From contig JAQGDQ010000267.1 of assembly GCA_030141605.1 (NCBI GenBank), positions 62,001-126,000 on the forward strand: 64,000 bases of DNA. Reading direction: 5' to 3'. This document shows, piece after piece, positions 39,937-52,186 of this stretch. This stretch comes from Tubiluchus corallicola. Its lineage: Eukaryota > Animalia > Priapulida. A program made the position numbers and the translations under genes. Positions within the stretch are counted from its first letter, which is position 1. Every line of letters begins with the position of its first letter. The notes under the pieces were generated by a model. The model searched no databases, was not told the DNA's origin, and worked only from the letters and a program-made list of their open reading frames with translations.

Positions 39937-41892
39937 AGCGTCATGCAATCAAAAATCAACGTTTTCCTTATGTGCGACTATCATCGGTCGACAACAAGTC
40001 CAATTTTAGACTTAGACGTATGCAGTTTCATTACACTAGAATTTCGATTACTTGAAGACAATATCAATTATTTGGATCTGCGGATGTGCGTAGTATCTAT
40101 AGAAGCTGAAATTTTGAGTAATGAACTTGCCGTATTTTATGATACAATCGTGAACTATTGTATGGCTAGAGTTTTAAATACATAGATCTTTAGACAATCT
40201 AATCCTAAACACAACCACTTGAACGAGTAGTTTGAATGAACACGTAACAGTTATATTAACCCAATCTATATACCAGTCAAAGGTTTACCCACTGTACTTA
40301 TTCCATGCACAAGGCACAATGCACAACCTAATAAAAATACAGAAAATTATCATTGGCGCACTTTGGTCTTTAAGCTATTAATCTGCAGGAGAAATATCCG
40401 CACATAAGTTATCTGACGTGCTATCTAAACTTTGACGTCTGCTTACAGACCATGAAGGCCACGATTTTCTAAGAGCCCAGGAGAATCAAGAGATTAAGAT
40501 ATTATATTTACTTTGTTTATCTTGTAATTAAGTAATGTCAACAACCAGCCTTTCAAGCTTGTCAACGATAATAACAATAATGACGTCACCAAACATTAAA
40601 TAATGGTAAATAGCCTTACGTCATATTATCGTCGTTGCCATAATGGTCACCATCATCATCATTATCATCATCGTTGTCATTGACGTCAGGCTTGTTTTGT
40701 CCAGCACTCAACACACACATTTGAAACACTAAACCAATTGGATATAACACATAAGGTGTATTTTTGAAACGTGTCAAGGTCAAAAGCAGTGGTTGTACGT
40801 ATATTGACACTACTATATTTTATTATAATGGCATTACACGTATGTGAAAAAATTATGTTTTGTTCAGTATCTTAGGGTTAAGGTCAGCCTTACGGTTAAA
40901 GTCGTTTCTTTTTCCTGTAGGTTTTTCTTGTGACATTTTCTGTGACCTTTTACGTGGATTTCCAAAGTCACCAAGTTGTGGGAGACAGCTGCTAGACAGT
41001 TACTCAAAACGGACAAAGAGAACTTTTCTGTTTATTGTTTTAAAGTTGACACAGACCTCTACTGGGTAGGACTTGTTTTTAATGACTTCCGATTGTTGCC
41101 AAAAACAAGTTCCAATGAATAACAGGTTAAAGAACAATGGAATTCAACTAACAATGGCAGCAAAAACAATCGTAAAAATAAAAATTCTGCATGTTTTGGA
41201 ACGTCTGCGCTTGTGCTGTTTTACGTCCATCTAGATCAGTGAATTTATAATTCTTAGGCTTATTCTACGTCGTTGAACTGAGAACTAAGGAAACTGTTCG
41301 GACTGAACTTGAAAGGTTAATAACTTAATAATTGTACAGCTTAATTAAGTGTTAAATTCAGCGTTAAACACTCCAATCACTTTTACTGTCTTTATTGATG
41401 TATGAGTAAAAGTGATTGGAGTTTTTACTCAACATCAGTGACAGTTATTACCATTATCTTTCCTTGCGTGTACTTTTAATTTTTAAAATTAAATCTACCC
41501 TTAGAACTAATGTTTGTTAGTCTTGCATGGCTTAGCGGGGGCAGTAATTAAATTTTGGAATCAACCACCTGTTTATATACGTCACTGTGAAAATGTCAAA
41601 TTGTTTAAGTCAAGTCAAAAAACACTTTCAAGTTAAATTCTTCTTTTAAAGCTTGAAGTATGTTAAATAATACAATTTAAAGACAAAAGCTATACGTGTT
41701 AACTGTATGTGTAGTAGTCAAGCTGGGAAGTTTTGCAACTTCATCTAAATAAGTTTTTGAATTTTTTCATCTAAATAATAATAAGTACCTGAGAAATTAT
41801 TATTGTTGTGCGCTGCATGTTGACACAGAAACCTGTTGTAAACGAGCACTGTGCTCATTCAGGTTTATCCTTTTTAAAGAGTTTGTATTATA

Positions 41893-41893
41893 G

Positions 41894-41927
<34 letters not shown>

Positions 41928-42072
41928 GATAATGATAATGATAATGATAATGATAATGATAATGATAATGATAATGATAATGATAATGATAATGATAATG
42001 ATAATGATAATGATAATGATAATGATAATGATAATGATAATGATAATGATAATGATAATGATAATGATAATG

Positions 42073-42109
<37 letters not shown>

Positions 42110-42153
42110 CAACAATAATAACAACAACAACGACAACAACAACAATAATAATA
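41893..42153. repeat. (ATAATG)n hexanucleotide microsatellite grading into (AAT/AAC)n
   Basis: Directly visible. Confidence 0.98.
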
Positions 42154-42437
42154 ATCCATAGTACATACGAAGTTAATTTTTTCTAATTTGTACATTGTAC
42201 AAATTGGTAAACCGTCCGTTCTTTTTACAGATGCGTTCAAACACAGATCCAAAGAGGGAATAGTCAGACTTACATGAGCAAAAATCGAAAAAAAACTGGC
42301 CAATACAAAAGCGCTTTACAAAATAACGAGATACATATTCGATATATTGACAGTGAAGTGATATGACCAGCAATGACTTCATCAGTCAAAACTCTAATAA
42401 ATGACAGTATTCATCGTCAGTGCTAGCAACAGTAACA

Positions 42438-42794
42438 ATGGCTGTGACAACGACGACGACAATGGCAACAGTGTTCCTCGTTCAAACTGTCCAGGCTGCA
42501 GCACAGAACGTTGTCGAACATTTCGCAGCAAGTATTATCATTGCCAGTACCGTTGTCGTTTTGATAATAGTCTTGCTAGCCTTGTGTCTAGACGCGTGTC
42601 TGCTCAGAAAAAATTCAGTGGACGTTGAAGAGCCTCCCGGGGTGAGTTGTTCAGACCTAAGGGTGTCGGAATCGACGTACACCAAAGCTTCGTCAGTAGA
42701 CAAACTGGAAACGAAATCGGAAATTTCTTTAGAAGCAGCAGACAGCAATCATTTGCGCGTGTGTGATCGGAGGTGGGCACGCTACTCAGTATGA
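42438..42794 (+). CDS. Putative small single-pass membrane protein, no recognised family
   Basis: 118-codon ORF with higher GC than flanks: Thr-rich N-terminus, hydrophobic FAASIIIASTVVVLIIVLLALCL, juxtamembrane Cys and RK, Ser/acidic tail; AATAAA at ~42838. Confidence 0.5.
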   Translation: MAVTTTTTMATVFLVQTVQAAAQNVVEHFAASIIIASTVVVLIIVLLALCLDACLLRKNSVDVEEPPGVSCSDLRVSESTYTKASSVDKLETKSEISLEAADSNHLRVCDRRWARYSV

Positions 42795-43271
42795 ACAAAC
42801 ACAAACCTACACGTTCACTTTTCATGTGATTTTGCCAAATAAATACTGTGTGTTTTTTTAAATTAACTCAGTTGAAAGCACCAAACATGTGTTACAAATA
42901 GAATGCTCTTTTTCACCACGTCTAATCCTCTATTAAAATATTCATTCATTCGTTTAATGATAATGATAACTGATAATGAAATTTGTTTGTAAACAGGAGC
43001 GGCTCTACCACTAGGCAAACTCGGTAGTTACCCATAGGGTGTCAAATTCTGGAGGTAATTATTTAATTTTAGCTTTAGTATAAATATTAATATAGAGTAA
43101 GTGTATTTTTTTAAGTGTACAACACTTTAATTTGCTTTATCTGCTTTCCCAAAATTTAACACAGGCATATTGGCGCGTTACCCTGGTTTTGTATTCCGCA
43201 GTTTCTGTATTAGTATTTATAGAATGATCCTTCTGTTAATAAAAAAATCTTACATTAGCACTTATCCAACT

Positions 43272-44862
43272 ATGGCATATAAACCTGTAAGAAACGAAGT
43301 CTTCAGGACACAATACAGGACACGAAAGGTAAGAAAGCAGGCGAGTCATACAAAGAAAAATGGGGCCATAAATTCAATTTCAAATTCAATCAACACAAGC
43401 TGTACATAAGAAATTAACTACAGTTAATTAGTACACTACAATGCATACATAAGCCCAAAACGCAGGCACCATTACACCTTATTATAATATTATACGCTGT
43501 ACAGTCTGATCATCTTTTCAAAAAGTGGTGGAAAAGAGTTGCTGACCATGTCAGGCCTGAACTGAGAAGGAATCCGATTGTCGATCAGCCGAGATGGGTA
43601 GATTTCGTGAAGAGCGTTAGCACGGATGATGAGTTTGAAAGCGATGATGAGAGTAAAAGTGATGATGCTGTGCCTGATCAACCGCACATCTTCAAACGGA
43701 TGAAGACGAGGGTAGCTGATATTTTCAGACACAGACTGGGAAGGAATGATGATGTCAAAAGATGGGCAGACGTCATGTACAAATCCAGCGACTGTGTTAA
43801 AGATGATGTGCAGGCAGCTCAGCCACATGTCTTCAACCAACTGAAGACCAGAGTAGCTGCCATTGTCAAACTAGGATGAAGAAGGGACCGGAACATTGTA
43901 TGCAGATTTGACGATTGTGCAGATGCTACGAATGAAGAAGACTCTGGGCAGCCAGCCCAGCCACATGTCTTCAACCAACTGAAGATCAGAATAGCTGCCA
44001 TTGTCAGACCAGGACCAAGACGGGACCGGGACATTGTATGCAAATTCGAAGATTGTGTAGTTGCGACGAATGAAGAAGACTCTGTGCAGCCAGCTCAGCC
44101 ACATGTCTTCAACCAACTGAAGACCAGAGTAGCTGCCATTGTCAAACTAGGACCAAGACGGGACCGGGACATTGTATGCAGATTCGAAGATTGTGAAGTT
44201 GCGATGAATGAAGAAGACTCTGTGCAGCCAGCTCAGCCACATGTCTTCATACAACTGAAGACCAGAGTAGCTGCCATTGTCAAACTAGGACGAAGAAGGG
44301 GCCGGGACATTGTACGCAGATTCGAAGATTGTGTAGTTGCGACGAATGAAGACCAGAGTAGCTGCCATTGTCAGACTTGTCAGACCAGGACCAAGACGGG
44401 ACCGAGACACAGTATACAAATACGACGATTGTGTAGATGCTATAAACGAAGAAGACTCTGTGCAGCTAGCTCAGCCCCGTGTCTTCAACAAGTTGAAGAC
44501 CAAAGTAGCTGCCATTGTCAGACCAGGACGAAGAAGGGACCGGGACACCATATACAGATTCGACGATTGTGTAGATGCTAATGAACTTGATCCTGTGAAG
44601 CCATTTCGGCTACAGGTCTTCACACGTCTGAAGAGACGAATAATCGAATTAGCCGATTTAGACTTAAAAGGAACAATGATGAAACGAGATGGACAAATAT
44701 CGCGTTTATTACTGGTGACTGTGGTGTAGCTTTCGAGAAGGAAAGGGAAGGTATATTCCATAAATTCCAGAGTGCAAGAGACTGGCTTTTGCGTGTACAT
44801 TTCGAGGAAAGGGGAATTTGGAAGATTATTGGAGCTCAAGAGACTGGCTTTTCCAGACCTTA
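43272..44862 (+). pseudogene. Two-exon gene for a 46-aa tandem-repeat protein, truncated or disabled
   Basis: Exon 43272-43328 (MAYKPVRNEVFRTQYRTRK, AAG|GTAAGA) splices in phase 0 to 43505 (tacag|TCT); 138-bp repeats at 43820, 43958, 44096, 44234; in-frame TGA at 43877, frameshift near 44350, probable further shift near 44660. Confidence 0.65.
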
Positions 44863-47283
44863 ATTTAAAATCAATGTGAACCAGGGCAACCCAGGAAGAG
44901 AACTTATTGGAAGAGCATTTTTGTGTTGTTGAGAGTGAAGGACTCCCCAAGGAGTTAATTAATGATAATATGCTAATATTGCTTGTTTTCTTTTTAATAT
45001 CTTACTAGTTTGTTTACCCAGACATTGTTTGTTTTCTTTTTAATATCTTACTACTGTTTGTTAAACCATTTATTAAATTTGTTATTTTCCATAATATAAT
45101 TTATTTCTTTACTTTAATTTTTTTAACGGTATTAAATTAAATATACATACAAATTTACACTCACTCACTCACTTACTGTAGGGTGTCTATGTTTTAATAC
45201 ACTGTATATTCAATCCCAATTTTTCTAAACTAAAAAATTACTTACTTCCGTTTCATTTTCTAAGACTTTTCTTGTATCATACACGAATCATTGTCACTAT
45301 CAATTTGACAAACTAATCCCTTCTACGAATCTTTTTATCACACGAGAATTAGTGAGCTTGTTTTATAGGCTACCAACAGTAATGTATGCCTATTTCTAAA
45401 TTTGAATTCGGATGAGTAATGGGGCTGGTTAATCGTGTTCCTCGGATGGAGTGTTGTTCTTCTTAGTCGTCTACTCCTCTTCCTTGCGCTTGACCTCAAC
45501 CTCTGCGTTGAAACAGATAAGCTCTTCATCCATTAATCCGTCGTAGATCTTTGTCAAAAATGTATTTTAAAGCTCTTGTGCTTGAACAGCAAAGATAATT
45601 TACGAGAAATCGCAGATTTTTAACTGTAATGAATTACTTTTCAGGAAACTATTATTATCTAGAACTAAAAAGATTTTCAAAGCCAAAGGTTTGTTAGGCT
45701 TCGTTTTTGGAGTTTATCATTTCGAAACTGGCGTGGATTCACTGAAGTTCTTACGAACTATTTTCTTTGTAAGTTTGTGCGTACGAACATTTACCGCTAC
45801 GCGCAGATTCACAAAACCAGTCTTCGTAAAAAATGTTCGTAACTTCACGCAAGGATTAGGGCTTGCGTAAATATAATTTAGCACATTGTGTACAGTTTAA
45901 ATGACCATGGCTGGTGTTTTCGTGGAAGAAAAAAGGCTAATAACAGAAATTTGATGTACAGAGAACGTAATTTTTGCAATAGATGTTAATCTGTCGATGC
46001 TGTCAATTCACTTAAAATAAATAAATTTATATTAATAAATATATATAATAGATTGCAGTTAGACCAGACCTTTAAAAAACATTCAAAAGCAGGTATTCAA
46101 ACTACAGTTCACGCTCTCTCCCTCTTTTTCTGTTGGTCTGCCTATTCATCCGTATGTCTATCTATCTATGTACGAATCAAGTAATTTGCCAAATGAATGA
46201 CCGACTAGCCAATCGACGGACCTACCGAACTAACTGCCTGCTTATTTATTCGTCCATATTTTTAAATTGTTTTTCTTGCGTGTGCTCCATTGGTCATTTA
46301 GAACAATTTAATAGCATTCAGAGAAACAGAAAACAAAATAAAGGTGTCCTAAACTTAGGAAGGAAATCCTATCGATGTTTTCTTGAGGGCAAGTGAGTGA
46401 ATGATGCGTCTAGTACCACCTAGTGCTTATAATGTGTTCGAAGTTTGCAAAGCAGATGTAGTAACCATTCAGCTATTTCTCTAGTCTTGACATAAACAAA
46501 GATGAGCCACTAAACCAGATTTTTTGTAAATGAGTATGTCAGCAGGTTTTCATAATAAGCTAGTAATAAAATTCAATTACTAAATTCATGGCTGGTGACA
46601 AAAATTTTAGTACCAATTTCATAGCTAATAACGGCAAGGGAAACTTAAAAAAGAATGTATGGCAAGCTACAAATATACAATATGTATTTGGATATTCAAA
46701 TTAATGCATTTCCATTAACTTAATTATACACTAGCATTTTAATTTTTTAACTCGTTTGTCCAAACATCACAATGTTTTTGTCTTAACTATACTTGCAACC
46801 AGCCTTAAACTTGCTACCTAACATCATTAACTCAGAAGTCAATGAAGTATACAAGATTTTATAGAACCTGCCTTACCATCAGGTTTAATTCACTACAAAA
46901 GAATCTACTAGTACTATGCCAAAGCATTAGTTTTTCGTCTTGCACACATTATACCATCAGTAAATTTATTTTCTTTCTCTTAAATGTGTCTAGACTTTAT
47001 TTAGAAAAAGGTGTTTTTGCACAATTATGTAGACAGCACAAGAAGTTTATATGATATTCACTATTACACTGTTCTCAGCAATTGCATATATCAACAATAA
47101 ATACATAAATATTAAGAAGTTATATTGCACTGTACTGTTATCAATATGCACCAACGCATTCTATACATAGTTCCTTTTCCATCTCTTCCAGAAGGAAAAT
47201 GTTAACATTAAGAGCAAGCACATTGCATAGGCTGGTTTCGCTAGACATATGATTGATTAATTGCATTAAGTGGAAACGAATGA

Positions 47284-47823
47284 CCAGCTGTCAAAAAAGT
47301 CCAGCACACATCTAATGTTCTTTCAGTTCATCACAATGACCAAATTAACACTAATTTGTCGACTAGTAGGGTCTTTCAGCTATTTCTGCTTCAAAAAATG
47401 TCAAGCACAAATCTAATGACATTAAACTAATCATGAAGTCAGCAAACCGGTTCTGCGTTTTCTAATTTATCACATCACTTAAGAATTCTTCAGCCAATTT
47501 TGCTTCAAAAATGTCAAGCACAAGTCTAATATCTCCCAGTAGATCACAAAGATAACAACTTTACCCAATGGGCAAATCAAGTTCATGGTGATTTACTATT
47601 TTATGGGTCTTTCCCGATTTTTCCTTGAAAAAGATCAACCACTCATCTAATATCTAATGGTAAATTGCAGAGGCATGAGATTGGTTATACAGCCGGAACA
47701 GGTCAGGATTGATCCTATTATTTTTCAAGTCTTCTATGCGTTTTCATTTAAAAAGGCCAGGTACCCATCTAGAATGGGTAAATCATGCCAGGAGGTGTTA
47801 AATCGTTCAGATCAGACCAACAG
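47284..47823 (-). repeat. About five degenerate ~120-bp tandem copies of the BORCS6 terminal coding segment, downstream of its stop codon
   Basis: Coding motif GGGTCTTCAGCCACTTTTGCTTCAAAAAGGTCAAGTACCCGTTTAATATCT (47844) recurs in decayed form at ~47727, ~47605, ~47483, ~47369, ~47284. Confidence 0.85.
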
Positions 47824-47830
47824 TGGCCTA

Positions 47831-50800
47831 TTACTTCAATAAAGGGTCTTCAGCCACTTTTGCTTCAAAAAGGTCAAGTACCCGTTTAATATCTTTCAGC
47901 TGATCACGAATCTGGTAGACTGGTTCCATAGCCTGACCAAGCTCTTCACAACGAGCCATTAATGTATACATTGCCTGAAATAGAAAATCTACAGTTTTTT
48001 ACTCAAGAATACGATAAATAACAATTTTCTTTACCTGAACTCTCTGTAACACACACACACTTGAAATTAGCTTTTTAACCAAAAAGGACTGGGTGTATAC
48101 ACAAAAACATCTAATTTTTTCCTAATTCATTATCTATACTCTTATATTAATATTCTTGGTATCTTAATATATATATTTATTTATATATAAGATTCGAGGC
48201 TACAGCCCGGACGAGGGCACCATTTGCGGCGATCTATATATCAAACGAAAGGTCTCGATCTAGTGTCGTCTCATTGGGGGTTTATTTTTCGAATCGGGCC
48301 CACCGGGAGGAACGGGAGGCGAAAAACCTCCAAAAATGGCCATTTTTCGGCCGTTTTTTGCAAAAGTTATACGGCTGAGATGTAGAGAACGGGAACGGGT
48401 CGAGGGTGGTGCTGGGTGTGGATAGATAGCCCGTTTAGCGGTGGGTGTCACTTTAATTCAGCAAAAAGCTACAGGCTTTGCGTTAGTTAAACAAACAGTA
48501 GGCATGATGTTACGGGCTTTGTGTTATAAATGAGGACTGTGTAGGATGTTCGCGTATTATTGATTACAAGTGTATTTATACGCAAAATCTTTTGCGGGGC
48601 CTTTGCTAGTACAATTATTAATTGTATAATTGTATAATAATACAATTATTACATAACATCACACAATTATTTATTATTATTTGTGATACCATTTATGATA
48701 AATTAGTTGATCATCTTTTTTGCAACTATTCAAGCACATATATTTCGCAAAACATACAAGATGATTAACTGACAACCGAGTAAAGCACTGTAAATGGCTG
48801 CTTTGAGATGTTTATAGTCATTAAAGGCCAAATAAATTGAAGATAAAATTGTGAAGCTTTTGTAAATGCAACTTGTCAAGTTCGACGTCTGTAGGACGAT
48901 GATTTTTTTGTTGATTTTGTACATTTTTGCTGCAACTAAGTTATGCTATGACTTATTGTGAGTTATGCAATAAAAAGTGCAGGTTCATTAGTTACGTGTG
49001 CAAGAAATTATTTTGCAGATTGCAGATTTTCTGTTACACAGTATTAAATGTTGATGTGTTTTTCTTCGTCTTTGTATGTCATAGTTCATGGCAGAAGTTT
49101 GACAAGATATCAAAGTACGATGCAAATTGTCTATAAGCCTATCTGTTAAAGCTCTAACTACCTAGCATGTTGGTAATGTACGCAAAATCTGAAGATAATC
49201 TATCTTAATTAACTAGTAGTTAGGTAGACAAGCAGACTGGATCGCAAGCAGGCACACAGACAGACAGAAAAAGGTAGATTATTTATTATTGAAGATAAAG
49301 GCTCTTATAAGTTGTAATATAGAATGCAGAAAAGGTAAGAATGCTTTAGTGACAATAAGTACAGTTTACAAAATGGGTATAAGAACAAAGTGAACTGAAA
49401 ACAAAGTTAACTCTATAATTCACCTTTATAGTACTATCCACGGAATCACAAGTCTTGCAAACTGTGTCTCGATAAATGTGCAGGCAACCTACTGTAAGAG
49501 CAGACATCTGGAAAAAATGTATAATCATAGAGAATAATGACCGGTCCTCGATATAACCTCAAGAGAATCTTACACAAGGAATAAGAGCACATTAGGAAAA
49601 AATAAATAACAATTTAGTTCTTGAAGGGCAACTTGTTAATAAATATCTGGACAAGATAAACCAAAATTACCCCGCATTTCTATACAACAATAAAAACACC
49701 CTAAAAGAGTTTTGGGATATTTTTCTTAGTGGTCAGTAGATGATTCAATTACATAGTTTAGTGTATGCTTAATTAATGACAAAACTGATGTTACTGCTAA
49801 TACATAATTTACTAAATGTTACATAAATTCATCTTTAAAAAAAAGTACAGTACCTTGTTTTTATCAAAATATGCCTTTTTTTGAAATGACATATGAAATA
49901 CCAACCCAGTCAAAAGAACCTAAAATACTATCACAGATTTACCTGTTTTCAGGAATTTTGTATTAAATGACACTAAATAATGTAAGCAAAAATTCAGACT
50001 TTTATTTTTTAAAACGAATCAGAAGAGTTTGAACATCAAACCAGTGTTTAAATTTTACCTCTTGCCAATTTTATGCACTATGGCTACATTATTTTCAAAG
50101 GTTTCATCAACGTAACAGGTTTTAACTTGAAACAAAAATGTGCATAAACTTCATCTTAAATTCCCGAAAGTTTTATATGCCATGTAAGAAAGTATGTTTT
50201 TAAATTATATTTGAATACATCACTTATTTAACTTACACTATGCAATTTAGCACTCAAGTTTTCCATCATGAAATGCAAACTGTCACCAACCCGATGTGCC
50301 TGAATTTCAAGGTCGAAAATTGCTTGAGGATCAATGCCCAGATTGAGCTTGACCTCAGATGACCGATGGCTACCGTGAGATCGCATACTACCAGTGCTAG
50401 ACACCCGAGACAATGAACGAACTAAAAAGAGTAAAACTCAAAAAGTTAGTTAATAAAACAGTCAACTTTCAGTTATTAAACCAAAATTATTAGTATTTGA
50501 AAAGCAGCAAAAGTTAATAATTTGTAAAAGTTATAGTAGCTTACATTAGTATGCTGCTTGTTAATACGTATTATTATGGTAGGGGCGACCATTCTCTGCT
50601 AGAAAAAAGTGAATTGGAATCAAATCAAATTTGTGACTTTCAAACGCGAATCAAAATGAACTACGAGATATCGAATCCGAATGGAATTCAATTTTAAAAA
50701 TTAAATAAAAATTCGAATTATTAATAAAATGCAGTCTCGCAAAGATCATGCATATTACTTGATTTTAATTCTGCAGGAAAAAACACTTATGATTTGTTTC

Positions 50801-52186
50801 AAAATTTTGCAAAGTAATAGCAGCTAAATTGTGTTGATTGCATAATGTTTTATATGTTTAATAATAAAGAACGCATGTAGCTGAAGTGCTGAATTATTCG
50901 AATAAATAATTTTACAATTGAATCGAATTCGAACGTTTGATGCTAACTGCTAATAGACAGCAAAAATCAACAATGGGGCAGTACGAGGTCGACTACATAT
51001 GTAAAATCATATATATATATGTATACATGTATGTAGATTCTAGCCGTGCTACAACACCTAAATTAAGGAAGTTCTGCCATGGAGTGCTGACTGCTTAGTG
51101 CAGAATAATAAAACATTATAAGAAATATAATTATAATAATAATAAGAAATATAATATAATAATTATAAGAAAGAAGAAATAACAGCTCATTTTAAAATGG
51201 TGACATTTCTATTATAACAAGGGGACATTTGATCGTACAGCATGTAAAACATTACTCGTCACTTTCACTTTTCTCGTTGTCATTAGAGCCGCTGGAGGAA
51301 AGCCGATACCAAAGTAAAAGCATATTGTTTTTACTAGCACAATTTTCCTCTACAACTAAATAACAAGTTGAAGTCTGTGTATGTTTTTGCATCTTAATTT
51401 ATTTCTATAACTTAGTATAAAAAGTAATATATTTTATATAAAATTACCTTCTTTAGATAAAGGACTACTCATCTTAATTTTTTCTTCCAAATCTTTTGCA
51501 ATAAATGAAACCATTTCCCCATCTTTCTCTACTACTCCTTCAGAGGGCAAAAATTCTGCTGCTAAGTCACCATCCTTCTTTTCAGATGATTTTGAAGAAA
51601 CAGCAAGAGACAGAGAATCTGGTCGCTGCGCAGTATGCCGTGGAGACCCATGTTTTGGTGATAGAGAGTGCCTTGGGCCACCATTACGAGCCCTGGTACT
51701 TCCGTTATTTGACGAGTCACTTGTAGTCATGGAAGAATCTCTTACCTCCATTGGATCTGACCAGCTAGTAATGCTTGACACAAATGCAGGATTGTGCGTG
51801 ACACACTCCGAGTCCAGACTATCAGTGTCATCATCTGAACGAATCTCATCAAAACCATGTAGTGAATCATACATCAGGCCATGCTTATGATCCTTTGTTA
51901 GACTCGTCTGCGTTGCCTCGTCGTGTGCAGATAATGCAAATATCTTCGATTCATCTGTGTCCTCTGTGGTTTCGATGCTGTAATCGGAGACGGTCATCGC
52001 ATCGCTTTCTTCCGTACGAACGGCAGCGGCTGCACGGAAGAGATTCTTTGGAAAGTCGACCATGCTCTTTTCGGCCTCTTTCACTTCAGCCTCCTTCTGT
52101 TTGATCTTTTCCACAAGCTCCTCGATTTTAGCTGCAAGTTCATCTTCGGTCATAACGGCCGTGGCTTTACTATCCTCTTCATTCAT
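47831..52186 (-). CDS. BORCS6: BLOC-1-related complex subunit 6 (lyspersin, C17orf59 homologue)
   Basis: Exons 52186-51448, 50421-50237, 49507-49424, 47974-47831 (TAA), all phase-compatible. Motifs MVSFIAKDLEEKIKMSSP, IDPQAIFDLE, MSALTVGCLHIYRDTVCKTCDSVDSTIK|AMYTLMARCEELGQAMEPVYQIRDQLKDIKRVLDLFE match the BORCS6 C-terminal domain. Probable 5'UTR exon at ~52910-52837 (CAAAATGGCG; TAG|GTAATT). Confidence 0.93.
48162..48609 (+). mobile_element. Non-autonomous Helitron in the last BORCS6 intron
   Basis: A|TCTTAATATATATA 5' end; 3' hairpin CGCAAAA-TC-TTTTGCG (48581-48596) shortly before terminal CTAG|T; GC-rich island in AT-rich intron; A^T insertion site with no TSD. 5' boundary could alternatively be the TC at ~48133. 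Confidence 0.75.

Noticed and set aside
43877-43879. Selenocysteine or readthrough TGA in the repeat gene
   Set aside because: Aligns to Arg/Pro codons (CGA/CCA), not Cys, in sister repeats; downstream frameshifts indicate decay; no SECIS recognised.
45338-45870. Possible Harbinger-related remnant (basic short ORF, GGATTCAC..CTTACGAA motifs)
   Set aside because: No catalytic motif, paired TIR or TSD could be established.
47828-47833. Stop-codon readthrough of BORCS6 into the downstream repeat units
   Set aside because: Double stop TAA TAG and further in-frame stops within a few codons.
50580-50950. MITE suggested by clustered GAATC/CGAAT motifs
   Set aside because: Termini and TSD too decayed to define.
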